Source: Bacteroidales bacterium
Lineage (GTDB): Bacteria > Bacteroidota > Bacteroidia > Bacteroidales > WCHB1-69
Direction of reading: 5' to 3'
Assembly (NCBI GenBank): GCA_045130275.1
Contig: JBGUPL010000014.1
Span: 15,743-79,742, forward strand
DNA: 64,000 nucleotides
The notes beneath the pieces were generated by a model, which saw only the letters and a list, made by a program, of their open reading frames with translations, did not search any database and was not told the origin of the DNA. How positions within the stretch are numbered: position 1 is the first letter of the stretch; each line of letters starts with the position of its first letter. Shown piece by piece: positions 8,368 through 17,800 of this stretch. Made by a program: the position numbers and the translations under genes.

Positions 8368-10311
8368 ATGAAAAAAATAGCAATTCCAGTAATAATAGCA
8401 ATAATGCTGTCGGCTATCGGTTCAAGCGCGCAGGTGGTGGATTCCGCCCAGCTTTTGATCAAATATGTGCCGAAGTTGGCCAATTCCAACAAAATTAATC
8501 AGCAGGCGGTGCTGAAAGATACCGTGGTGAGCGAACAGATGGAGTTCAACTATGTGATCGCGCCGACCAAGCCGGAGCTGAGTTTCGAACCGGGCGAAAT
8601 GCAGGTGGGTAAGCTCAACCCGGAGGTGAAGGAACGCTATTACCGCAACTACCTGAAACTTGGATTCGGATACCCTATCACGCCCTTGGCGGAATTGTCG
8701 ATGCACAACTGCCAAAATCCGAAGTATTCCTACGGCTTGAATTTCCACCATTTCTCGTCCTGGGCGGAACCGATCGGGAAGGTGCAGAAAAAGTTCGCCT
8801 ACGCGCCCACGAGCGACACGCGTGTGAACCTGTTTTTCAACCGGATTTTCAAAAACCACACTTTTTACTCCTCTGTCGGCTACAACCACGAACTAGCCAA
8901 CTTGTACGGCTACTCTACAGATTGGGTGTGTCCGGAACTCTATCGGAATCCTGAACAGTACTACAGCAAAGAGTATAGGGATAGCATTAAGAATAATTTC
9001 AACCATGTACGTGCGGAGGTCGGTCTCCGCTCTAACTACACAGCTGATGAGAAAAGACTGAAAGAAGATGTGCGTGTGAACTACGATTTCATCCACACCA
9101 GTTGGAAAAACATGGAACACGGGGTCGGGCTGCATGGCATGCTGGCCTATGATGCCAAGTTCCTGAAAATTTCTGGCTACCAGCATTATCAATTGGATTT
9201 GGGCTTGGACTATTTCAACAATGTCTGGAGCGACAGCATTCCAATGGGAACGGACAGCAGTCTCCTGAAGCGCCGTGCCGAGAATAGTCTCATGTTCGAG
9301 TTCAAGCCGACCATGAGTTTCAGTATCCGCGAATACCACCTGATGCTGGGTGTCGGGGTGCCGGTGCTGAACCAGTACAACAAGACACAATGTCCGATCT
9401 ACCCGGTTGCCGAGTTGCAGATGGGGCTCATCCGCGAAGTGCTGAACCTCTATGTCGGGGTGGACGGCCGAAGCGAATACACTTCGCTGAAAAAACTGCT
9501 GTACGAGAATCCCTATGTAAAGCCGAACCTGGACACCCTGCGCTTCATGAAATCGCAGATCAGTATATACGGTGGCGTGAAGGGCAAAATCACGTCCAAA
9601 CTGAACTATCATGTCGCCGCCCGCTACTCTTATTGCCGTGACCTGCCGTTTTTCATGCTCGACACGGCCAGTCTGCTGAAAAACCAGTTTGATGTGGTGT
9701 ATGCAAAGAAGGGTACGGAGCTAGACGTGACTGCCAACTTGAGTTGGGAGGCCATCAATCATTTGTATTTGAATCTGATGGGCCGCTACCACGATTTCTA
9801 TTTCCTCGAAGACTACGATTGGTTTAACTCTGACCAGATTACTGGTGGAAAACCGCTCTACATCCCGCGCTGGGAGATCGGTTTCGAGGGCAAATACATC
9901 CTGAAGAACCGCTATATCTTCACTGCCAATGCAAAAGTGGGCTTCAACCGCTGGGTGGTGGTGCCGAGAAGTATGCCGGTGGTGGATGAGCATGGTTTGA
10001 TGGAATTGGATGACAACGGCAATGTTGTCCATCGGATGAGTTACTCGGTGGAGAACGATATTCGCCATTCCCAAAGCGGTGAGTCAGCAACGGCTATGCC
10101 GGTGCTGAACTTTGGTATCGGATTTGAATATCTGATTACCAAGCAGTTCACTGCGTTTGCAAACATCAACAATATTGGTTGCCAGTACGCCACAAACTAT
10201 TACGGATTCAATAATTTCGGAATTAACGCCATCGTGGGTATCACCTATTCGTTTGGCAATGAGGCGATTAAGCCGTTGAAGAAAAAATCCATCGCGGAAA
10301 AAGCAATATAA
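8368..10311 (+). CDS. Outer-membrane beta-barrel protein (putative porin family)
   Basis: Signal peptide (MKKIAIPVIIAIMLSAIGSSAQ) and alternating aromatic/hydrophilic beta-strand pattern throughout. Terminal-strand-like ...NAIVGITYSF sits near the C-terminus. Confidence 0.6.
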   Translation: MKKIAIPVIIAIMLSAIGSSAQVVDSAQLLIKYVPKLANSNKINQQAVLKDTVVSEQMEFNYVIAPTKPELSFEPGEMQVGKLNPEVKERYYRNYLKLGFGYPITPLAELSMHNCQNPKYSYGLNFHHFSSWAEPIGKVQKKFAYAPTSDTRVNLFFNRIFKNHTFYSSVGYNHELANLYGYSTDWVCPELYRNPEQYYSKEYRDSIKNNFNHVRAEVGLRSNYTADEKRLKEDVRVNYDFIHTSWKNMEHGVGLHGMLAYDAKFLKISGYQHYQLDLGLDYFNNVWSDSIPMGTDSSLLKRRAENSLMFEFKPTMSFSIREYHLMLGVGVPVLNQYNKTQCPIYPVAELQMGLIREVLNLYVGVDGRSEYTSLKKLLYENPYVKPNLDTLRFMKSQISIYGGVKGKITSKLNYHVAARYSYCRDLPFFMLDTASLLKNQFDVVYAKKGTELDVTANLSWEAINHLYLNLMGRYHDFYFLEDYDWFNSDQITGGKPLYIPRWEIGFEGKYILKNRYIFTANAKVGFNRWVVVPRSMPVVDEHGLMELDDNGNVVHRMSYSVENDIRHSQSGESATAMPVLNFGIGFEYLITKQFTAFANINNIGCQYATNYYGFNNFGINAIVGITYSFGNEAIKPLKKKSIAEKAI

Positions 10312-10733
10312 TGAAACGAAACCTGTTTCTTACCATCCTGTTGATGCTGGTGGTCATTTCCTCCTGCGACAACATGAATCATCCGACCATTCCCTATCGG
10401 AAGGTGGATTTCACGATTTACCCGAATGACGTAATATATTATAGGCTAAACACTTACGGCGGATATGAGTATTTCACCGGCGGAATTGGCGGAATAATTG
10501 TTTTTCGCTTGGATGAATGGACATTCAAGGCATACGACCGTTCCTGCTCATACGACTGGGAGGAGACCGGTTCGTGGATCTGGATGCATCCGAGCGGTAT
10601 CATGCTGGTGGACTCTCTATGCGGTTCGGTTTACAATATCCTCGACGGGACTGTTATTTCCGGCCCTGCGCGTTGGCCGTTGCGGGAATATCATACCCGT
10701 TATGACGGAGTGAGACTCCGCGTTTACAATTAA
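10311..10733 (+). CDS. Small lipoprotein with a degenerate Rieske-like pattern
   Basis: Lipobox VVISSC. The start ATG overlaps the upstream stop by 1 nt (TAATG). GGIIVFR...AYDRSCSY...SLCGSVY resembles Rieske C-x-H...C-x-x-H spacing but lacks the His ligands. Confidence 0.5.
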   Translation: MKRNLFLTILLMLVVISSCDNMNHPTIPYRKVDFTIYPNDVIYYRLNTYGGYEYFTGGIGGIIVFRLDEWTFKAYDRSCSYDWEETGSWIWMHPSGIMLVDSLCGSVYNILDGTVISGPARWPLREYHTRYDGVRLRVYN

Positions 10734-10945
10734 TATCGATTCTCAGCATAAGTTGTTTCACGGTCATCGGACTGATGGCTGGTGAACCGTTGTGCCCTTT
10801 TGCCATTGGCTATATTATATCCTATGACCAATTGCAGGATTATGTAATAAGTGGTATAAATTAGTATTATAGTATATATAATAATACAAGGAGCGATTTT
10901 TTTTGAACAAATATTTTTTAGTCCAATCCGTATTGAAAAATTTTA

Positions 10946-10953
10946 TATTTTTG
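10946..10953 (+). promoter_or_regulatory. -7 box TATTTTTG upstream of the barrel / CTD-cargo / PorV-like operon
   Basis: Matches TAnnTTTG inside a 268-nt AT-rich gap, 49 nt upstream of ATG 11002. Confidence 0.45.
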
Positions 10954-11001
10954 CAAGCTTATTATAGAGTGGATAAAAAGTTTTATGTTTAATATAAATT
11001 A

Positions 11002-14000
11002 ATGGCTATGATTAAAAAATTACTCGCAACTTTAGGAGTAATCATCCTTTTCACAAGTGCGGCATTCTCACAGAGCCAGATTAAAGGTAAAGTGACAGAC
11101 CAGACGAATGCACCGTTGGGCTTCACCAGGGTGTTGCTGAAGGTCGGCGACCGTGTTGTAAACATGGCGCAAGCCGATGCGAATGGTGATTACGCAATGT
11201 TCAACATCGAGGCCGGAACATACGATTTGGTGGCCGATGCTGTGATGGTCAACAAGACGATGACAAAGTCTAACATCACGGTGGCTTCCAACCAGGTCGT
11301 GTTCGAGAACTTCGTGATTGACCTTACGAATGATGTCGCGGAAGTCGTGATTGAGTGGGAACCGCCGGTGTTCTCACAAGATAACACGACATCATCCAAC
11401 CGTATGTCTGGTGAGAGTATCCGTACGACTCCCGGTCGTTCTGTGACAAGCGCTCTTGCCAACTTGGAGGGTGTCTCCTCTGTGGATGGTGCTATGACCA
11501 GTGTCCGTGGTAACCGTTCCGATGGTCAGCAGACTATCGTCGATGGTGTGCGTGTCCGTGGTGGTAGCGGTGTCTCCATGTCTTCCATTGAGGAAGTGCA
11601 GTTGATCCAGGGTGGTGTCCCCGCCGAATATGGTGACGGTACCTCCTTCACGGTGATCACCACCAAACAGGCGCCGAAGGAATTCCACGGTTCAGTTGAG
11701 CTGCGTGGATCCGTTGACGGTTACAACAACTTCCTTGCTGCTGTTTCCGTGACCGGTCCCCTGTTGAAAGGTAAAGGAAGAAACGATCCTACGCGTATCG
11801 GTTTCCTCTTCAGCGGTGAGGTCGCTTACACTCATGATGGTTCTCCCGCACGTGGTGGCACGTGGGTGGCCAACGATGATGTTCGCGAAAGCATTATCGC
11901 TAACCCGCTTCGTTACAGTAACACCGAGTTCGGTGTCCAGTACCAGGAAGCATGCTATCTGACTAGCGAGTCCTTCCACAAGGAGCGTGTGAGAAAGAAC
12001 GCCGGCTCCTGGAGTTATCTCGGCCAGTTGAAACTCGACTTTATGTTGGGAAAGAGACATAATGCCAGACTCTCCGTCAGCGGTTCTTATGAATATGGCA
12101 TAGGCAAATCCTGGGGTTCCACCTCTGCGCTGTTCAACGGCGACAACAACCCCATTTCCTCTTCCAGCCTCGCCCGTGTGAGCGCTCGTTTCAACCACCG
12201 TGTTGTGAACGACACCACTGGTTCGGCTGTCCTGAAGAACTTGATGTATGACATTAATGCTTCTTACACCCATACCGGTGGTCTCTCTTATGCTGCTCAC
12301 CACAAAGACCGTCTTTTTGATTATGGTTATGTGGGTCAGTTCACCACCAACAAGGCAAGAGGTTATTCTTACGTCGATGAGTTCAAACTCAATGACACGA
12401 CCATCTACTACGGTGCCAGAGTTTTCAATGGCTGGTACGATTCCTTGGTCACTTTCCGTGTTAACCCGGATCACAACGTCAACCCCATTTTGTCTAACTA
12501 TACTTTGAACTTCATTGATAAATTCCCGACCGAGGTCATCAATGAGTACTTTGGTACGACCATTCCTTACGACCTGAACATTTATCAACAATTTGGTGCG
12601 TTGAGAAATGGTGACAGCCCTGATCTGATCTATTCTATGTACTATTCTCCTGGTACTGTGATGAGTAGCTACAGCAAATCTTCTATGGATCAGATTGGTT
12701 TGAAGGCCAGCATTTCCATGAACATTAAGGACCACGAGTTGAAGTTCGGTTATGATTTCGAGAAACTGACCTATCGAGGCTACGGTATCGCCCCCATCAC
12801 GTTGTGGACGCTGATGCGTAACGAAGCAAACTCCCATATTGCCGAGTTGGATGTGGACAACCCCATTATCTATGATGATGGTGATCAATTCATCGTTGAT
12901 TACAACCGTTTGATCAAATTGGAAGACCAAAGTGTTTTTGACAGAAACCTGCGTACTCATCTCGGTTTGAACCCCGATGGTGACGATTGGATCGACATCG
13001 ACAATTTGTCACCGAACACGTTCAGCGTTGACATGTTCTCCGCTGAAGAGCTGCTTCTGGGTAACTCTGCTGGTTCCAGCCCGCTGGTCAGCTACTACGG
13101 TTATGACTACACTGGTAAGAAATATAACAAAAAGACTACCATCGAAGACTTCTTCAACAATGTGGACAAAGCCACCGGCCAAAAGACCTACAATATCGGT
13201 GCTTATGAGCCTATCTACATGGCGTTCTACATTCAAGATAAGTTTGCCATCAACTCTTTGTTGTTCAACGTTGGTTTGCGTGTTGACCGTTTCGACGCCA
13301 ACCAGTCTGTGTTGAAAGACCCCTATCTGTTCCGTGAGGCCTATACGGTGGGCGATCTGTTGCAAATCAATGACAAACTGCAGTTTGTCGGCAACGCCCA
13401 GGATGATTGGGTTGTGTATTATTCTGGAACGGATGTTTACATGAGCGAGGCTGATATCCAAGGCGGCGAGTTCAACAAGCAGTCTATCGTTGGTTATCGT
13501 CAAGGCGACACATGGTATAACGCAGCCGGTAACTTGGTGAGCGATCCTGAAGGCGAGCTCTCCCTGTATGTGAATGGTCCTATCCTCAAAAACGAGATCG
13601 ACCAGATTAACTCCATCACCAAGGTGGAAGCTGGCGCTTTCACGGATTACAAGGCACAATGGTCTGTGATGCCTCGTATCTCCTTCTCCTTCCCCGTGAA
13701 TGACAACTCTTTGTTCTATGCGCACTACAACATCATCACTTCCCGTCCGACGAACCTGCAGATCTCCCCGGTGGATTATCTGTTCATTTCAAAGCGCAAC
13801 TCTGCCGGCGACATCATCAACAACCCGAATATGAAGCCGCAACAGAGTATCGACTACGAAATCGGTTTCCGTCAGAAGATTGGTGCCAAGTCCGCTATCA
13901 GTATCAGTGCTTACTATTCTGAGAAACGTAACCAGATTCAGGCTTACCGTTTCTCCGGTGCATATCCGAACACCTATTATTCCTATCAGAACATCGACTT

Positions 14001-14793
14001 CGGTACTGTGCAAGGTTTCACATTCTCCTACAGAATGAACAGAACCCGCAACATGACGTTGTCCGCCAACTATACGCTGCAATTCGCCAAGGGTACCGGT
14101 TCAAGCACGACTTCCCAGCTCTCCATTTTGGCAGCCGGTCAGCCTAACTTGAGAACCCTGACGAACTTGAGCTTCGACCAGCGTCATAGAATCGGTGTGA
14201 ACTTCGACTATCGTTTCCAAGATGGTATCGACTATAAGGAGAATGGCGGTCCTATCACCGAGAAGATCATCACTGCTGCCGACGGTACGCAAACTGTCAA
14301 GGAAATCCAATGGTTGGCCAACACAGGTTTCTCACTCCTGTTCTCCGCCGCCTCCGGTACTCCTTACACTCGTTCCAGCACACCGTACTCCAACATCGTG
14401 AGCGGTACCACTTCCACCCTTTCCGGTTCTATCAACGGTTCCAACCTGCCGTGGCAGTATCAATGTGACCTCCGTATTGACAAGTCCTTCATGTTCAACT
14501 TCAACAAGAACAAGAAAGACGAGAACGGAAAGACCAAGGCCGCCAAGATGGGTTACCTGACTATTTACCTGGATATCCAGAACCTCTTCAACTTCAAGAA
14601 CGTGATTTCTGTGTATGACTACACGGGTAACGCTGACGACGACGGTTACCTCTCCGCCGCCGCTTATCAACAGCAAATCAACTCTCAGGTCTATGTACCC
14701 TCCTACATCAACTACTATTTGATGAGAGTCCAGAACCCGTATAACTACAGTCGCCCGTTCCGTGCAAGCTTAGGTATTCAATTCGGCTTTTAA
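11002..14793 (+). CDS. Giant TonB-dependent-receptor-like outer-membrane protein (carboxypeptidase-regulatory-like domain + plug + long barrel)
   Basis: Signal peptide. CarboxypepD_reg-like segment QIKGKVTD...ANGDYAMFNIEAGTYDL (about 11080-11316). Plug motif SVRGNRSDGQQTIVDGVRV...EVQLIQGGVPAEYGD (about 11383-11676). C-terminal beta-signal ...SLGIQFGF. No SusD-like gene follows. Confidence 0.8.
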   Translation: MAMIKKLLATLGVIILFTSAAFSQSQIKGKVTDQTNAPLGFTRVLLKVGDRVVNMAQADANGDYAMFNIEAGTYDLVADAVMVNKTMTKSNITVASNQVVFENFVIDLTNDVAEVVIEWEPPVFSQDNTTSSNRMSGESIRTTPGRSVTSALANLEGVSSVDGAMTSVRGNRSDGQQTIVDGVRVRGGSGVSMSSIEEVQLIQGGVPAEYGDGTSFTVITTKQAPKEFHGSVELRGSVDGYNNFLAAVSVTGPLLKGKGRNDPTRIGFLFSGEVAYTHDGSPARGGTWVANDDVRESIIANPLRYSNTEFGVQYQEACYLTSESFHKERVRKNAGSWSYLGQLKLDFMLGKRHNARLSVSGSYEYGIGKSWGSTSALFNGDNNPISSSSLARVSARFNHRVVNDTTGSAVLKNLMYDINASYTHTGGLSYAAHHKDRLFDYGYVGQFTTNKARGYSYVDEFKLNDTTIYYGARVFNGWYDSLVTFRVNPDHNVNPILSNYTLNFIDKFPTEVINEYFGTTIPYDLNIYQQFGALRNGDSPDLIYSMYYSPGTVMSSYSKSSMDQIGLKASISMNIKDHELKFGYDFEKLTYRGYGIAPITLWTLMRNEANSHIAELDVDNPIIYDDGDQFIVDYNRLIKLEDQSVFDRNLRTHLGLNPDGDDWIDIDNLSPNTFSVDMFSAEELLLGNSAGSSPLVSYYGYDYTGKKYNKKTTIEDFFNNVDKATGQKTYNIGAYEPIYMAFYIQDKFAINSLLFNVGLRVDRFDANQSVLKDPYLFREAYTVGDLLQINDKLQFVGNAQDDWVVYYSGTDVYMSEADIQGGEFNKQSIVGYRQGDTWYNAAGNLVSDPEGELSLYVNGPILKNEIDQINSITKVEAGAFTDYKAQWSVMPRISFSFPVNDNSLFYAHYNIITSRPTNLQISPVDYLFISKRNSAGDIINNPNMKPQQSIDYEIGFRQKIGAKSAISISAYYSEKRNQIQAYRFSGAYPNTYYSYQNIDFGTVQGFTFSYRMNRTRNMTLSANYTLQFAKGTGSSTTSQLSILAAGQPNLRTLTNLSFDQRHRIGVNFDYRFQDGIDYKENGGPITEKIITAADGTQTVKEIQWLANTGFSLLFSAASGTPYTRSSTPYSNIVSGTTSTLSGSINGSNLPWQYQCDLRIDKSFMFNFNKNKKDENGKTKAAKMGYLTIYLDIQNLFNFKNVISVYDYTGNADDDGYLSAAAYQQQINSQVYVPSYINYYLMRVQNPYNYSRPFRASLGIQFGF

Positions 14794-14817
14794 TCAATAG
14801 AAAAAATATTAGGATAT

Positions 14818-17800
14818 ATGAAAAATATTAAACAAATTTTCTGCTTGACTCTTCTTATGGTGTTTGTGCTGTCTGGCACATTACGCGCCGAAAAATTAAA
14901 AGGAGAGAGAAGATCTTCCTCACCGAAAGCGGAGTCTGCCACCTGTCTTCCTGCAGCAGGGTCCAACGAGCTGACGGTGAACAATGTACGCGCCTATATT
15001 GAGACGGGTGGTACTATGTGGTTCAAGGAAGTCTCCGAATATGAGGTTCCGAGAGGTTCCGGTAAGACTTCAATGTTCTGTGCCGCTCTTTGGATCGGCG
15101 GTCATGACGCCAATGGCCAGTTGAAATTGGCTGCTGTGCGTTTCAGACAAGTCGGTGACGACTATTGGCCTGGCCCGTTGAAAACCACCGGTGCCAGTAC
15201 GACACAGTCCATGTGTATCAAATTCGATAAGCATTTCAAGATTTCCCGTGCGGAGGTTGACCAGCATATTTCTGGTTACAACACCACCGGTTATGTTATG
15301 CCCGCCAGCATCGCCAACTGGCCTGCCCATGGTGATGAAGGTTACTCCTATTATCTCGCTCCTTTCAAGGATGTGAACGAGAATGGCGTGTATGATCCTG
15401 AAAACGGTGACTATCCGTACTATGACATCAATAATGACTTGTGCCCTTGGACAGAAGACAATATCGCTCTCGCTGCCCAACACGCACTTCCCAGAACTCC
15501 TGAGGACATTATGTACTATGGACAAGATTGGCACAATTCCAACGGTATGATCTATGCTGACCATGTGCTTAAAGGCGATGAAACCCTTTTCTGGATTTTC
15601 AATGATAACGCCGGTCCTCACACGGAGTCTCAAGGTAACCCCATCGGTCTGGAAATCCGTGGACAGTGCTTCGGCTTCTCCACGAATGACGAACTGAACA
15701 ACATGACGTTCTACTCCTATGAGATTATCAACCGTTCTACCTACACCTTGACGGACACTTATTTCTCCCAGTGGGTTGACCCGGATCTGGGTTATGCTTA
15801 CGATGACTATGTGGGTTGCGATGTGGGTCGTGGTTTGGGTTACTGCTATAACGGCTCCAATGTCGATGGTAGCGGTCAAAACTGGGCTTACGGCGACCAA
15901 CCCCCTGCAGTAGGTGTTGACTTCTTCCAGGGACCTTATATGGATGCCGATGGCCGTGATAACCCGAAATTCTATGCCGACAGCGCTTCCGAGATTGGCT
16001 ATTGTGACAGATTTCTCAACAGCATTTACGAGCTTGACCAGATGGCCATCAATGGCGTGAACTTCGGCGATAGCATTGTCGATAACGAGCGTTTCGGTAT
16101 GAGACGGTTTGTCTATCACAACAATAACGAGAGTGTCACGGGTGACCCGAGAATCGCAGTCGAGTACTACAACATGCTGCGCGGTATCTGGAGAGATAAC
16201 TCCAAAATGCGTTATGGTGGCAATGCCCACACTTCTAACGGCGGTAATGGTCCTGAGTGCGACTTCATGTTCCCTGCTTTGACGGATGTCTGTAACTGGG
16301 GTACCAGTGGCATTGATCCTGTTCCCACTCAGTATGGTGCTGACGGATGGACGGAAGCCAATGTCGGTAACGCTGCTTACGACCGTCGTTTCATGCAGTC
16401 TGCTGGTCCCTTCACGTTGAAACCCGGTGCTGTGAACTACATCACTGTCGGTATTCCGTGGGCACGCGCTGCACAAGGTGGTGCCCAGGCTTCTGTGGAA
16501 CTCCTGAAACGTGCCGATGACAAGTGTCAGTCTTTGTTCGAGAACTGCTTCAAGACCCTGGATGGTCCTGACGCTCCCGATGTGACGATCCGCGAGCTGG
16601 AGAACGAGCTTATCATTTATCTCTCCAACAACGATCCTCAGAAGAACAATTACCACGAGACTTATATTGAGATGGATCCTCAGATCCCGAGAACACTGGC
16701 TACCACTTCTTATGTCAATCAAGTGGATTCTATTTTCACTTACACTGCTGATGGTCAGCCCGACACGATTGTGAATGTTTATCCTGTTCCCGTTGAGGAA
16801 TTGGATACGCTTACACACGAGCAACGTTCTTACAAGTTTGAAGGTTATCAGATTTATCAATTGGCAAATGCTTCTGTGAGTGTCACCGATTTGGGTGATG
16901 CCAGCAAGGCTCTCCTCGTCGCCCAGTGCGATGTCGAGAATGATGCCTCTCAGTTGATCAACTGGGTCTATAATGACGCACTCGGCACCTCTGTCGCAAC
17001 GGAGATGGTCAACGGCGGTAACGAGGGTATTTCCCACTCCTTCAGAATCACCGAGGACAAATTTGCCACCGGTACCAACAAGAAACTTGTCAACCACAAA
17101 GAATACTATTTCTTGGTTCTCGCTTACGGTTACAATGAGTACAAGAAGTTCAGTTTGGACGCCGACCATATGGATGGCCAACAGACTCCTTACCTTGCCG
17201 GTCGTAGAAATATCAAGACGACGGTGGGTATTCCTCACAAACCCGTTGAGCAGATTATGAATTCCCAATACGGTGATGTGCCTATGATCACCCGTATTGA
17301 GGGACAAGGCAATGGTGGTATGTTCCTTGATCTTACCGATGAGTCTCGCGAACTGATCCTTGCCAACAATGTTTATAACAATGTCCAATACAAGAACAAC
17401 TTCGGTCCGTTGAACATTCAGGTGGTTGACCCGTTGATGGTCAAGCCCTTCAACTACTATGTCAAGTTCTTGGAAAATAACATCAGCAGCGATGTCAACG
17501 ACAGCACGATGTGGCAATTGATCATTTCTGATGAACATTCCGATAGAGAACTTATTGACAATGGTATCTACACTATTGGCGACAATGGTGATACCATTCC
17601 TACCCGTGTGACTACTGCAGCTATGCCGATCAGCATGACGAATGAGCAGCTCTTCTTGGATTTGGGTATTGCCATCTCCATCAAGAATTACAAATTCAAG
17701 GTTTATCAGCGTAATCTGGATGAACACATTATGAAGAATGGTGGTTATAACTACCAAAATACGACAACGTTCGCACAGCCTGATGTTCTTGGATCAGAAA

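Noticed and set aside
15070-17757. 895-aa ORF on the minus strand inside the T9SS cargo gene. Similar long antisense ORFs occur at 11692-12960, 13009-13725, 5549-6577, 24432-25526, 31069-32328, 33010-34950, 37402-38448, 49531-50214 and 61538-62980.
   Set aside because: The antisense ORFs I checked (15070-17757, 11692-12960, 33010-34950, 5549-6577) occupy the same triplets as convincing sense genes. They only reflect avoidance of TTA/CTA/TCA codons or high GC. Their translations are low-complexity (V/G/R/H/D-rich), with no signal sequences, motifs or promoters. The remaining listed ORFs look the same, but I did not check their frames.
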